Assembly: GCA_043760135.1 (NCBI GenBank)
Contig: JAYUPL010000005.1
Coordinates: 1-59,193, forward strand
DNA from: Candidatus Parcubacteria bacterium
Lineage (GTDB): Bacteria; Patescibacteriota; Minisyncoccia; Phycocordibacterales; CAIZLB01
DNA: 59,193 bases
Reading direction: 5' to 3'
Part shown: one piece after another, positions 9,582-19,551 of the stretch
Position numbering within the stretch: position 1 is the stretch's first letter
How the letters are laid out: each line of letters opens with the position of its first letter
Notes under the pieces: generated by a model
Databases searched by the model: none
Seen by the model: only the letters and a program-made list of their open reading frames with translations
What the model was told of the DNA's origin: nothing
Position numbers and translations under genes: made by a program

Positions 9582-10961
9582 TTAAACAATGCTATACATC
9601 AGTTGTCCGTCTTTTTCTTCACAAAGCATGATTTTTTCTTGTGACCCTAGACCAACTGAATCTTTAATTTCCGAAACTGTCCCTGTTGTAGCTAAAACTG
9701 GTAACAACCCGTATCCAAGACGCATGTTTCTAAAGTCCATAATATCAGCTGCTCCAGCATATACAGTTGCAGTTGGATGGAAGGCTGATATAGCTTTATT
9801 GGCCTCAAGAGAGATTTTTGTAACAATAGCTGTCACATGCTCTGCTGCAGCTTTTGCAACTACATCTTTTGCCCACATGTAGATAGGAGATGTTGAAACT
9901 GGTTCCGCTGTAAAATGAACAAGCTCAGCTCTTTTGTCTTCAGTATATTTCATAATGCGATGCATTACATTTGTAGCCTCAAGAGGATAATCACCAAACG
10001 CCGTTTCATCACTCATAGAGATACCATGAGTTCCATCAAGTACTGCATTTGCAACATCACAAACTTCAGCACGTGTTGGAGATGGATTCTTAACCATGTT
10101 TTTCAACACTTGAGTTGCAACGATACAATATTTTCCTTTTTTCAAAGTTGATTCAACCATTTTCTTTTGCATGTATGGTAATTCTTCAAGTGGAACTTCG
10201 GCCATAAGGTCTCCTCGAGCAACCATCAAACCATCACAGTTATCAAGAATAATATCTCTATTATCAAAACCTTCACGGTTTTCAATCTTAGCAATAATCT
10301 TACCTTTATATTCAGGATATTCTTTTAGAATTTCTTTGATATCATCTAAATCCTGAACGTTTCGAACGAAAGAGTGAATGATAAAGTCGATATTGTTTTT
10401 TGCACAAAAATGAATAAATCCTACATCCTTTGGCGTAAGTGAAGGGAGATTAATGTGTACATTTGGCACATTCAAACTTTTTTTACTTTTAATAAGTCCA
10501 TCATTTTTCACAACACATTTGATACCATTTGCAACAATTTCCTCTACAATAAATGAAATAGAGTTATCATCGTAACTTATAAGTTCTCCAACAGGGATTT
10601 CATTATGAAAATTTGGATAATCAACACCAATAATATTTTCACCCACTTGCCCAGCAATTTGAGAGAGATCACCTGTAAATACAACATGACTTCCTTTTGT
10701 AACTTCAAAAAGAATCTCGATACCTTTTGTACGAGTCTCTGGACCTTTTGTATCAAGCAAGATACACATCTTTTGATCTGATACTGCTCTTATTGTATTA
10801 ACAACTCTAATAGCTTCCTCCTCACCCTGATGTGCAGTGTTCAACCACATTACATCTACTCCAGCCTCGATAAGAGATTTTAGATATTCAGGAGCGGCAT
10901 TATTATCTGCGATTTTTGCTATAATTTTGGATTTTCGCCCATGTACTTGTGATTGAATCAT
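9582..10961 (-). CDS. pyk: pyruvate kinase
   Basis: 459 aa with KIIAKI..., LLDTKGPETRT and MVARGDL motifs. Confidence 0.9.
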   Translation of the reverse strand: MIQSQVHGRKSKIIAKIADNNAAPEYLKSLIEAGVDVMWLNTAHQGEEEAIRVVNTIRAVSDQKMCILLDTKGPETRTKGIEILFEVTKGSHVVFTGDLSQIAGQVGENIIGVDYPNFHNEIPVGELISYDDNSISFIVEEIVANGIKCVVKNDGLIKSKKSLNVPNVHINLPSLTPKDVGFIHFCAKNNIDFIIHSFVRNVQDLDDIKEILKEYPEYKGKIIAKIENREGFDNRDIILDNCDGLMVARGDLMAEVPLEELPYMQKKMVESTLKKGKYCIVATQVLKNMVKNPSPTRAEVCDVANAVLDGTHGISMSDETAFGDYPLEATNVMHRIMKYTEDKRAELVHFTAEPVSTSPIYMWAKDVVAKAAAEHVTAIVTKISLEANKAISAFHPTATVYAGAADIMDFRNMRLGYGLLPVLATTGTVSEIKDSVGLGSQEKIMLCEEKDGQLMYSIV

Positions 10962-11033
10962 ATTTTTACGTTTTATGTTATTTTTTTATATTTTAGAGAT
11001 GTTATAGTAACATAATTATCACAAAAATACCAC

Positions 11034-12806
11034 TTACCTGTCAGATTGAATTTCATAATATTGAATAAGAAAATCACTTAAATCAAGAAACGGACTAGCC
11101 AGTGACTCTGATGCATATCTTGAAACCTTCGGATCCACTGTATAGATAAAAACTATGAATTTAGGTTGATATGCTGGAAAAAAACCTATAAACGTGTGAA
11201 TATTTTTATCGTCGATATATCCACCATTTTGTGACGCAATCTGTGCAGTACCTGTTTTAGCAGCAATACTGTATCTTAGATTTTTCCTTTTACCATCAAG
11301 AAGTGCATTATCAACATTGTATACAAGCATAGCCTTGATCTCATCTATAGTTGACTGCTTTAACAAGGGAGTTTTTTGTTCTATTGATTCTATTTTAGTA
11401 TCACTCGTGTTCCCAATTTCGTATTTAATCTTACTTACCACGTGAGGATTTACAACAAAGCCACCGTTAGCAATCACAGACAGTGCTCTGATCGTACCAA
11501 TCGGACTCATGGCGATACCTTGACCAAAAGAGATGGTGGCATGCTCCACATCGCCCTTATCGAGATTATTACTTAAAGGTGACGATTCATTTGGTAAATC
11601 TATATTTGTTTTTTCTCTCATACCAAAACTCGTAAAATATTTTGTCAGTGCATCATTCCCTACAAGCCGGGCCACATACACAAAACCAGTGTTCAAAGAT
11701 TGAGACAGAGCTGTTTGCATAGTAATAACACCCCTTCCTTTTTTATCAAAGTTATACATCGTTCTGTCGCGAACTTTTATAAAACCTTCATCTTTGTATG
11801 TAGAATCAGCATGAATCTTATTAGTATCAATACCTACTGACATTGTTAAAGGCTTTATAATAGATCCCATTTCGTATGAACTCTCAATAATATCATTTTT
11901 ATAATTAGAAATATCATAATCCTTTCCTTCCGTATGAGAAAATGTTGGCACCTTAGCCATTGCAACAATCTCTCCAGTATATGGATCCATAATAATTCCT
12001 CCGGTCAAATCTGAACTTTGCTTATTATTTATTTCCATTAACTTTTTTTCCAACTCTTTTTGAACAATAGGTTCTATTGTTGTATAAATATTTCCTTCAA
12101 GTTCATCTCTGTTTGAAATAACTTTTTTAGCACCAGAAAACAAATCTACAAAGAAATTACTATAGGCTTTATTTTTTCGAGCTAAGGTATTTTCATATTG
12201 TTTTTCCAAACCATATCGTCCGGCTAGTTCATCCCCTTTAAAGCCCAGTGTTCCAATCACATTTGAAGCTAGTTCGTTTCCAGGATAGTATCTTTTCTTT
12301 TCTTTACCCAAACCTAAAAATTCTAATTTTAATTCTTTAATCCGATTTTGCTGATCTTCATTCAAACCTTTAACCAGTTCGAAATATACATCATTCTTTT
12401 TATCCTTCAGTTTTGAAATTTTCAAATTAAATTCGTCAAGATCAGCACTGTTTAATTTTAAAATATCTGTAACATTAGTTTTTAAGTCACCTAAAATTTG
12501 ATCTTCAGATTTTTTGGTAGTGTTCTTAGAAGACTTTATAAACGTATAAAAAGACTTCGGATTTATATACAAAGTATAATCATCCTGCATTGTGGCTGCT
12601 ACAATATATGTTCCATCCTTTTTTGTAAAATATATATCACCACGATCGTTGATATTCGAATTCTTTTTAAGATACTGCCTGTCACCTAGATTCAGATAAT
12701 TTTCATGATTGGCAACTTGAACAATATATAGTTTTACAATCAATACTAAAGCTATAGAAATAAATATTAAAGATAATACCCTAATTCTTTTGGCAAAGGT
12801 AATCAT
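11034..12806 (-). CDS. ftsI: penicillin-binding protein 2 / FtsI-type transpeptidase
   Basis: 590 aa with an N-terminal TM anchor, SIIK (SxxK), SLN (SxN) and KTGTA motifs. Confidence 0.85.
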   Translation of the reverse strand: MITFAKRIRVLSLIFISIALVLIVKLYIVQVANHENYLNLGDRQYLKKNSNINDRGDIYFTKKDGTYIVAATMQDDYTLYINPKSFYTFIKSSKNTTKKSEDQILGDLKTNVTDILKLNSADLDEFNLKISKLKDKKNDVYFELVKGLNEDQQNRIKELKLEFLGLGKEKKRYYPGNELASNVIGTLGFKGDELAGRYGLEKQYENTLARKNKAYSNFFVDLFSGAKKVISNRDELEGNIYTTIEPIVQKELEKKLMEINNKQSSDLTGGIIMDPYTGEIVAMAKVPTFSHTEGKDYDISNYKNDIIESSYEMGSIIKPLTMSVGIDTNKIHADSTYKDEGFIKVRDRTMYNFDKKGRGVITMQTALSQSLNTGFVYVARLVGNDALTKYFTSFGMREKTNIDLPNESSPLSNNLDKGDVEHATISFGQGIAMSPIGTIRALSVIANGGFVVNPHVVSKIKYEIGNTSDTKIESIEQKTPLLKQSTIDEIKAMLVYNVDNALLDGKRKNLRYSIAAKTGTAQIASQNGGYIDDKNIHTFIGFFPAYQPKFIVFIYTVDPKVSRYASESLASPFLDLSDFLIQYYEIQSDR

Positions 12807-13162
12807 TATCTTACCGCCAATTCACTATTATCCTTTATACTAAAATAAGCAATTCTGTCTTCGGTATTTTTTAGATATCCTAATGCCATCGCACTATCTA
12901 AGTCGATAGAAGAAATTTGACCAATATATTCAAATTCTTTTTGATTTATAGTTGCATTGAGAACACTTATTTTTTTATTATTTATCTCTGAGTCAGATGC
13001 AAGAACAACTGTTTTATATATGCATATAATGTAAGAAAAAACCAACATAACAACCAGTGAAACCGTCCCTAATGTATATATATTTTTTGATTTGTTATTT
13101 TGTCTATTTTTCATTTTTTTCTTTTTTAAAAAGTCGAAGTTTTGCGGAGCGAGATTTTGCAT
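12806..13162 (-). CDS. FtsL-like small bitopic cell-division protein (start uncertain, alternative ATG at 13114)
   Basis: 118 aa with a basic N-terminus and a single TM helix. It sits between rsmH and ftsI. Confidence 0.45.
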   Translation of the reverse strand: MQNLAPQNFDFLKKKKMKNRQNNKSKNIYTLGTVSLVVMLVFSYIICIYKTVVLASDSEINNKKISVLNATINQKEFEYIGQISSIDLDSAMALGYLKNTEDRIAYFSIKDNSELAVR

Positions 13163-14069
13163 TACTCTTTATCTCCACATCTGTCGGTATAATAATTTTT
13201 TTGTTTAAACGTTTTCCGTAACCGTCTGTCTCTAATTTCTTAAAATACTGCTTTACAATAATATCTTCCAAACTATGATAGCTGATAACTGCTATGCGAC
13301 CTCCTTTAGTCAGCACCTCATATGCCCCTTGTAAACCTTGATCTAAAACCTGTAGTTCAGCATTGACGGCTATACGAATTGCTTGGAATGTTTTGGTTGC
13401 AGGGTGAATCTTACCTTTCTTACCATTGAAAACTTGATGTTCAATAATGTCCGCCAACTCACCTGATGTTTCTATTTTCTTAACATCTCTCACCTCAGCA
13501 ATTTTATTTGCAATGCGCCATGCTGATTTTTCATCGGCATATTGTCGGAGTATGAGACAAATATTATCTACAGACCAAAAGTTTATAATGTCGTAAGCTG
13601 TTAACTCACCTTCTGTTGGTGGCAAGGTTGAAAACCTCATATCTAATTTTTCATCAAATTTAAATGAGAATCCCCGCCCTGCACCACTCAATTGATAGGT
13701 AGATAAACCTAAGTCAAACAGAACACTATTAAATTTGATATTTTTTATCAAATCTGTAATGTTGGCAAAATTTCCTTGTATAATATGTATTGAAACTTTT
13801 TTATTGTCTGTATATTTTTTTAAAAAATCTTTACCGCGTGCTATGGCATCTTCATCGAGGTCTAACGCATATATAAAAATGTTTTTATATCTTTCAAGTT
13901 TTATTAAATTCTCTATAAAATATTCTACATGTCCTCCATCGCCAAAATTACAATCTAAATGATAATAATTTTCAAACTCATTTGAATTGTTGATTACAAG
14001 GTGCTCGAATATTTCTTCTGCCAATACTGGTATATGTCTAACCATATATTTAGATTGCTCCGATAGCAC
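13104..14069 (-). CDS. rsmH: 16S rRNA (cytosine1402-N4)-methyltransferase
   Basis: 321 aa with HIPVL, DCNFGDGGH, FDLGLSTYQL and ISYHSLED motifs. Confidence 0.9.
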   Translation of the reverse strand: MLSEQSKYMVRHIPVLAEEIFEHLVINNSNEFENYYHLDCNFGDGGHVEYFIENLIKLERYKNIFIYALDLDEDAIARGKDFLKKYTDNKKVSIHIIQGNFANITDLIKNIKFNSVLFDLGLSTYQLSGAGRGFSFKFDEKLDMRFSTLPPTEGELTAYDIINFWSVDNICLILRQYADEKSAWRIANKIAEVRDVKKIETSGELADIIEHQVFNGKKGKIHPATKTFQAIRIAVNAELQVLDQGLQGAYEVLTKGGRIAVISYHSLEDIIVKQYFKKLETDGYGKRLNKKIIIPTDVEIKSNAKSRSAKLRLFKKEKNEK

Positions 14070-14502
14070 TTAACTTAGCAGCCAGACTGTCAGCTTGCTT
14101 AAGTATTTTCTCTTTATATGATTTCCATTTTTTCTCTTCCCAAATTTCAATACGAGTATGAACCCCAGCGAAAACAAGTTTTGAATTTTTTTCGTCAGTG
14201 CCATTCACACCAATGTATTGTCTTAAGAAATCTGGAATGAGAACCCTACCTGCAGTATCAACTTCCAACTCAACTGCGCCGGCTAACATAATTCTGTTGA
14301 ATCCACGAGAGTCAGCGTTACCGAGTGATGTATTTCCTAACTGTTCTGCGATTTTATTCCATTGTGGCAAAGTAAACATAAACAAACAGTTGTCGAGTCC
14401 GTGTGTTATTATCACTGTCTTTCCTAGTTCCTTTCGGAATTTAGATGGAAGTGAAAGTCTTTTTTTGTCATCCAATGTGTGTGTAAATTCGCCGATAAAC
14501 AT
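14050..14502 (-). CDS. mraZ: transcriptional regulator MraZ
   Basis: 150 aa with MFIGEFTHTLDDKKRLSLPSKFR and a second SpoVT-AbrB repeat. Confidence 0.9.
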   Translation of the reverse strand: MFIGEFTHTLDDKKRLSLPSKFRKELGKTVIITHGLDNCLFMFTLPQWNKIAEQLGNTSLGNADSRGFNRIMLAGAVELEVDTAGRVLIPDFLRQYIGVNGTDEKNSKLVFAGVHTRIEIWEEKKWKSYKEKILKQADSLAAKLSAIGAI

Positions 14503-14536
14503 AATTTTTTTAATAATTTTTTTCTATGACACTCTA

Positions 14537-14580
14537 TCCCACCACTTCCCATTATATACCACTCCACTACATTTGTGCAA
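14537..14580 (-). promoter_or_regulatory. mraZ promoter (TTGCAC-18-TATAAT) with overlapping MraZ-box-like GTGG/TGGGA direct repeats
   Basis: On the minus strand, TTGCAC is at 14575-14580 and TATAAT at 14551-14556. TGGGA occurs at 14547-14551 and 14537-14541 (10-bp spacing), with GTGGA/GTGGT at 14558-14567. Confidence 0.55.
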
Positions 14581-14620
14581 ATGAAGGCAAAAGAAAAAAC
14601 CACATTTGTGGATAATTGGG

Positions 14621-14658
14621 TAAAACAATGGTCTGCCACTCCGGGACGAGGGCAGACC
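14621..14658 (-). terminator. rho-independent terminator of GC-rich cassette 2
   Basis: The minus strand reads GGTCTGCC-loop-GGCAGACC followed by ATTGTTTTA. Confidence 0.7.
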
Positions 14659-14689
14659 TTATATTGGTTTTTAGGTTTTTGACGGGCTT

Positions 14690-15097
14690 TTAGGCCGCTA
14701 CGGACCGCTCCGTTCTTTTGGTTTTTTCCTTCACGATCAACATGACGTTGACTCCGTCAACAGTCAGGTTTTTTGGATAGAACTGTCTCAAGTCCCAGTT
14801 ATGTGTCTTTGGATTCCAAGCGAGGTAATTTCCCCGCTCAACCGCCTTCCGAAGGGGAATGGCCGAATGAAAGGAATACTCCCGTGGATTAGACTCAGCA
14901 ACTGTGAGTGCTGTGAGCGATATTTCTTCGATCAATTCAGGCAGAACGCCGGTTTCGACGAAGTCATACGTTTCGAGCGCGTCTGACATCAGTTCCATCA
15001 CTTCACTCCGGCGAAGATCTTGAGCGGCAGCCGGATGAGTTTCCAGTGCTACAATCAGACCAATCAACCCAGAGCTCAACATAACTTTTGCCAACAT
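14690..15097 (-). CDS. hypothetical secreted protein (GC-rich cassette 2)
   Basis: The ORF in the track runs to 15253 from a TTG, but 15177-15204 is the murG terminator. The first ATG after it gives MLAKVMLSSGLIGLIVALETHPAAAQ (signal-peptide-like). G+C is about 48%. I recognise no homolog. Confidence 0.5.
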   Translation of the reverse strand: MLAKVMLSSGLIGLIVALETHPAAAQDLRRSEVMELMSDALETYDFVETGVLPELIEEISLTALTVAESNPREYSFHSAIPLRKAVERGNYLAWNPKTHNWDLRQFYPKNLTVDGVNVMLIVKEKTKRTERSVAA

Positions 15098-15176
15098 TGA
15101 GTGTGAACCCAGTTTGCCACCAACTTCTTTTTCTATTGCTTTCACGTGTGTTTTCTTTCTGTCGTTGTAAGGTTCT

Positions 15177-15204
15177 AAAAAAGGTATTCCAACCTTGGAA
15201 TACC
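15177..15204 (-). terminator. rho-independent terminator after murG
   Basis: The minus strand reads GGTATTCCA-AGGT-TGGAATACC followed by TTTTTT. Confidence 0.75.
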
Positions 15205-15267
15205 CCATAAAGAACGACCAGTAAACTATACCATGCTTAAAAATACAGTGCAAGCAAACACCTTCCT

Positions 15268-16407
15268 TTAAATCTCGTGACTTAATGCAATATTTAACAC
15301 CTCATGCGCTATCGTTTTAGCTGCGTCGGGAGTAGCGAAATTTTTAGCTCCCGCCTTCATCTTATCCTGAAGTGTTGGGTTAGATAAAATTCTATGTATC
15401 TCATTTAACAAAATCTGTCCTGACAGGTTATTCTCCTCAATCACCTCACACCCGCCCGCCCTTAAATAGTTAAAAGCATTCTTTCGTTGATGGTCACCAT
15501 TTGAGTCTGATATAGGAATCAATATACTTGGAACTCCCCAGGCAGCTATTTCAAATATACCCGATCCAGCACGAGATATAATAATGTCTGATATACCCCC
15601 TACCATGCGCATAGCCATCATGTTGAGGTAATCTATAGGTTTGTATCTATCTGGGTTTGTTGATCCCTCTAGGGTCAATTTGGCCATCCCTTTTACTATT
15701 TCAAAATTAGCCTTCCCTGTCTGATGAACAACTTGGCAGGTTTTAACCAACTCAGGCAATATTTGTATAATAATGTCGTTTATTTTTTTTGCACCTAAAG
15801 ATCCACCGAGTACTGATATTGTTTTGAGATTTGGATCCAAATTTAAATATTCGTATGCACCAACTTTAAGTGGGGTCAACAGTTCTGATCGAACAGGTTG
15901 TCCAGTGTAGGCTGTTTTTTTAATATCAAAATATTCGGCTGATTCTTTGAATGATACCGCTATTTTTCTGGCAAATTTTGAGGCCCACATATTTACTCTT
16001 CCTGGAACAGAATCTGACTCATGCATAATAACCGGTATGCCCAGTATACGTGCTGCAAACAATGTCGGAAAACTTGAAAAGCCACCTTTGGCAAAGACAA
16101 CATCAGGGAAAATCATAAAAATTTTGACTAAACCAATACAAACACCAAACCCCATCCGAAAGACATCAAAGAAATTACGTACAATAGCAAAACCTTTTGG
16201 ATTGATACGTTTTTTTCCAGCCGGTATGCGAACAAACTTTATATCTCTATCAAATAGTTCTTTAGGGTTGTATGGATTTGGACCAGTATAATAGATACGT
16301 GGATCAAGAATTTTTTGTTCTCTACATTCTTCTAATATAGCATCAACTACTGCCAGTAATGGATAAAAATGTCCACCGGTACCACCTCCTGTTATAACTA
16401 TTTTCAT
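15268..16407 (-). CDS. murG: UDP-N-acetylglucosamine--lipid I N-acetylglucosaminyltransferase
   Basis: 379 aa with a GGGTGGHFYPLLAV N-terminal motif and GT28 architecture. Confidence 0.9.
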   Translation of the reverse strand: MKIVITGGGTGGHFYPLLAVVDAILEECREQKILDPRIYYTGPNPYNPKELFDRDIKFVRIPAGKKRINPKGFAIVRNFFDVFRMGFGVCIGLVKIFMIFPDVVFAKGGFSSFPTLFAARILGIPVIMHESDSVPGRVNMWASKFARKIAVSFKESAEYFDIKKTAYTGQPVRSELLTPLKVGAYEYLNLDPNLKTISVLGGSLGAKKINDIIIQILPELVKTCQVVHQTGKANFEIVKGMAKLTLEGSTNPDRYKPIDYLNMMAMRMVGGISDIIISRAGSGIFEIAAWGVPSILIPISDSNGDHQRKNAFNYLRAGGCEVIEENNLSGQILLNEIHRILSNPTLQDKMKAGAKNFATPDAAKTIAHEVLNIALSHEI

Positions 16408-16457
16408 AATATTTTCAATTATACACCTCGAAAAGTTTTTTGGCTATTTTATGAAAA

Positions 16458-17627
16458 TTACTCAACTCTCACTTTTTTCTCTTTCGAAGCTGAGAGGATT
16501 ATTCCTATGGACATAAGGGAGATCAAAAGTGAGGTTCCGCCTTGACTGACAAATATAAGCGGTGTTCCTGATAAAGGCAGCATTCCCATCATCGCACTCA
16601 TATTTACAAAAGACTGGATCACAATAAGACACAGGAGTCCAACTATCACCAAGGATCCATATGATGACGACTTTTTGGCGAGCTTGAAACCACGCATCAA
16701 AAATAAGATATACAGAAATATGAGCAATGAGGACCCAATAAAACCAAAGTCTTCTGCTGCAACTGCAAAAACTGAGTCACCAATCGGCTCTGGTAGATAT
16801 TTAAACTTTTGAATACTCTGACCATACCCACGTCCCGCAATTCCTCCAGAGCCAATAGCAATGAGAGACTGTTGAAATTGATATCCAGAGCCTGTCGGAT
16901 CAAGAGAAGGATTTAAAAAGTTCTGAACCCTTTTCATCACATACGGTCGAGAGAAAATAATTATCCCCATAGCCATTATTCCGAGACAGCCAAGAATAAA
17001 CATATCTTTCAAATTTCCACCCGCAAGCAAATACATAATTACTGCCGATAAACAAATAACCCCTAAAATATCGGTATCCGGTTGTAATAAAAATAATATT
17101 GAACTAATACCAAGTATGATCAGTAAAGGCACTGTTCGACTATAGAAGTTTTTTTTGAGGTCTAATTTCTTACCAAAATCACGCATAAACCACAATGACA
17201 TGTATAGAACTGCTCCAATCTTATACACTTCAGCAGGTTGAAACCTAATGCCAAATAGCTCCACCCAACGTCGCGCACCTCCATGTGATACCCCAACACC
17301 CGGAATAAATACCATAATCATAGCAATAACACTGAGTACGTAAATATAAAATGCATTTTTTCTCCAAAAAGATATTGGTATCTTATAACAAATAAACATC
17401 AATACCAATCCCCCAGCTAAACCAAGTCCATATTGATTGAATCGTACTGTGTCATATTTAGCTGTACCAATAAGCATAATAATAGCTGAAGAAAAAATAA
17501 CCAGTCCTGCAGTAATTAATATGAAAGTTATAATTAAAAAAGGCTTATCTAAACCATATTCTATTTTGGCCAGAGTTTTTGATTTTTTACTTTCAGTTTT
17601 TTTTAATTTCTTGAAAAAGTTCAGCAT
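16458..17627 (-). CDS. ftsW: SEDS-family peptidoglycan polymerase FtsW/RodA
   Basis: 389 aa, about 10 TM helices, with QPAEVYK and PLIFVSQGGTS motifs. Confidence 0.85.
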   Translation of the reverse strand: MLNFFKKLKKTESKKSKTLAKIEYGLDKPFLIITFILITAGLVIFSSAIIMLIGTAKYDTVRFNQYGLGLAGGLVLMFICYKIPISFWRKNAFYIYVLSVIAMIMVFIPGVGVSHGGARRWVELFGIRFQPAEVYKIGAVLYMSLWFMRDFGKKLDLKKNFYSRTVPLLIILGISSILFLLQPDTDILGVICLSAVIMYLLAGGNLKDMFILGCLGIMAMGIIIFSRPYVMKRVQNFLNPSLDPTGSGYQFQQSLIAIGSGGIAGRGYGQSIQKFKYLPEPIGDSVFAVAAEDFGFIGSSLLIFLYILFLMRGFKLAKKSSSYGSLVIVGLLCLIVIQSFVNMSAMMGMLPLSGTPLIFVSQGGTSLLISLMSIGIILSASKEKKVRVE

Positions 17628-17661
17628 GTTACATAATATATTACCACGAATATAAATAAAT

Positions 17662-18747
17662 TTAGCTGAGGAGAGCCAAAATCACCCCAGTCACTGAACA
17701 AATAATAGATATAATCCAATATCTCATAGTTACTCTCGGTGATGACCAACCCATAGCTTGAAAATGATGATGCAGTGGTGCAACTCTGAATACTTTTTTA
17801 TGAAAATATTTTTTAGAAAACATCTGAACACTTGATGATGCTGAAGTAACGAAAAGAGGAAGTGCAATTACTGCAAGAATAATAACTTCATTTGTTAAGA
17901 ATGCGAACATTGATAGTACAATCGTAAGTCCAAGCATACCAGTCTCCCCAAGATAAAATCTGGCTGGTGGTATGTTGAACCATAAGAATGCTAATAGTCC
18001 TCCAATAATTGCACCGCCTAAAGCTGCTAAATCGTATTGACTATTTGCAAAAGCAATCAGTGTATAAGCCATAAACGCAGGAATCAAAACTCCTGCAGCA
18101 AGCCCATCAATACCATCAATAATTCCCCCTGAAAAAACAGCAAGTGTTACAAATAAGAATAAAAATATAAAACCAAAACCAAGATACAAGTCCATTCCAA
18201 ATGGTATGTGTACTGTATTCATTTCCAACTTTACATAAAACCAATATGCCCCGATTGTTGATATTAATAGTACAAAAAATATTCTAGTTTTTCTTGATAT
18301 CCCATCGCCCAATTTCAACTCTTTACCATATATTTGTAATAAATCATCTATCAGTCCAAAAATCGAACCTGTAATCAAAGCGACAATAGGAAGTGCTGTT
18401 TGATTTCGCGAAAAGAAGTTAATCTTATCAAGAACATCATGTGCCACCATGTGATCATATCCAATATAATCCTTAGCTATAAATTGAAATAGGAATGTAA
18501 TAATAACTGTTAATAATATAGATATCCAAACTATTATTCCTCCTATACGTGGCGTATTGCATTCTTCCTGCCCATTGTGAATCTTTTTAAAATCTTCAGA
18601 CATAGCCTCTGTGTTTGCTGTACTTCTTGATTTCTTCTTCCACATCTTGTACTTATACATGAAATTGGTTAGATATGGAGTGATCAATATTCCAACAACA
18701 AAGGATAACAGTGTTGGCAATAGAATTTTTAGAGCAGATAGTATCAT
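17662..18747 (-). CDS. mraY: phospho-N-acetylmuramoyl-pentapeptide transferase
   Basis: 361 aa polytopic protein with DDLLQI, IDGIDGLA and APLHHHF motifs. Confidence 0.9.
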   Translation of the reverse strand: MILSALKILLPTLLSFVVGILITPYLTNFMYKYKMWKKKSRSTANTEAMSEDFKKIHNGQEECNTPRIGGIIVWISILLTVIITFLFQFIAKDYIGYDHMVAHDVLDKINFFSRNQTALPIVALITGSIFGLIDDLLQIYGKELKLGDGISRKTRIFFVLLISTIGAYWFYVKLEMNTVHIPFGMDLYLGFGFIFLFLFVTLAVFSGGIIDGIDGLAAGVLIPAFMAYTLIAFANSQYDLAALGGAIIGGLLAFLWFNIPPARFYLGETGMLGLTIVLSMFAFLTNEVIILAVIALPLFVTSASSSVQMFSKKYFHKKVFRVAPLHHHFQAMGWSSPRVTMRYWIISIICSVTGVILALLS

Positions 18748-19541
18748 ATACTTGATTGTAGCAAAAAGTTAGCTATATTTTGAATGTCGACAAATCTATT
18801 TTTCTCTGTTGAATTTAGGATGATAATAAATATTTCTCGATCTAACCCTTTCTGAATTGAGACAAATAAGTTTCCTCCAGACAAATTTGTATACCCTGTC
18901 TTACCGCCATTTAAAAAACTTAACTGATTTACAATAATATTTGTGTTCTCTTGAGCAATAATCGTTTGATCAAAAAGCTCGGGATATTTAAAATAATATT
19001 CTTTAATAAAAGAGACCAGAGGAATAAGTTTTCCCTCCCCACCAGGTATTCTTTCGTCCGTAGTTGTTGAAACTATAATATCAAGACCTGATACGTTTCT
19101 AAAATTAAACCATCCAAATCTTTGTGTAAATTTATTCATGTAAGCAACCTGAGTCTTCTCATTATATCCAAAACTTAATGAGAGTTTTTGTGCCTGCTCA
19201 TTATTAGATGTTTTTAACATCTCACGAATCTCATTAAGCAAAGTTTTATCTTTTTCATAGGCAATGGTTGCTGTAATGATTTTTGTCAGTGAAGCCAGTG
19301 AGTAGGTTTTATCAACATTTTTCACACCCAATACCCTATCTGTTGAAGCATCATACACAATAACACCTTGCGCGGTGGTGCCATCTATAATTTTTTGCAG
19401 TTTTATTTCATCTCGGTCTAATCGATGTTCTGTAATATATTCAATTTCTTTTTTATTTTGACCTGTATTTACGAAAGAAATTGCCAAAAGTAACACTAGT
19501 ATTAAAAGTGTTAATAACTGCACTTCTTGTTTAAGAGTCAT
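18744..19541 (-). CDS. D-alanyl-D-alanine carboxypeptidase (serine peptidase S11)
   Basis: 265 aa with a signal/TM, SLTK (SxxK), SNN (SxN) and KTGYT motifs. Confidence 0.8.
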   Translation of the reverse strand: MTLKQEVQLLTLLILVLLLAISFVNTGQNKKEIEYITEHRLDRDEIKLQKIIDGTTAQGVIVYDASTDRVLGVKNVDKTYSLASLTKIITATIAYEKDKTLLNEIREMLKTSNNEQAQKLSLSFGYNEKTQVAYMNKFTQRFGWFNFRNVSGLDIIVSTTTDERIPGGEGKLIPLVSFIKEYYFKYPELFDQTIIAQENTNIIVNQLSFLNGGKTGYTNLSGGNLFVSIQKGLDREIFIIILNSTEKNRFVDIQNIANFLLQSSI

Positions 19542-19551
19542 TGTGTTTAAA

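Noticed and set aside
14424-14639. 71-aa ORF on the minus strand across the mraZ promoter region, and the + strand ORF 14198-14584.
   Set aside because: They overlap the mraZ coding sequence, promoter and terminator elements, and have no coding features.
15098-15253. Upstream 52 codons of ORF 14690-15253 (TTG start).
   Set aside because: This part is AT-rich and contains a strong terminator hairpin plus T-tract (15177-15204) for murG. A signal-peptide-like N-terminus begins at the ATG at 15097.
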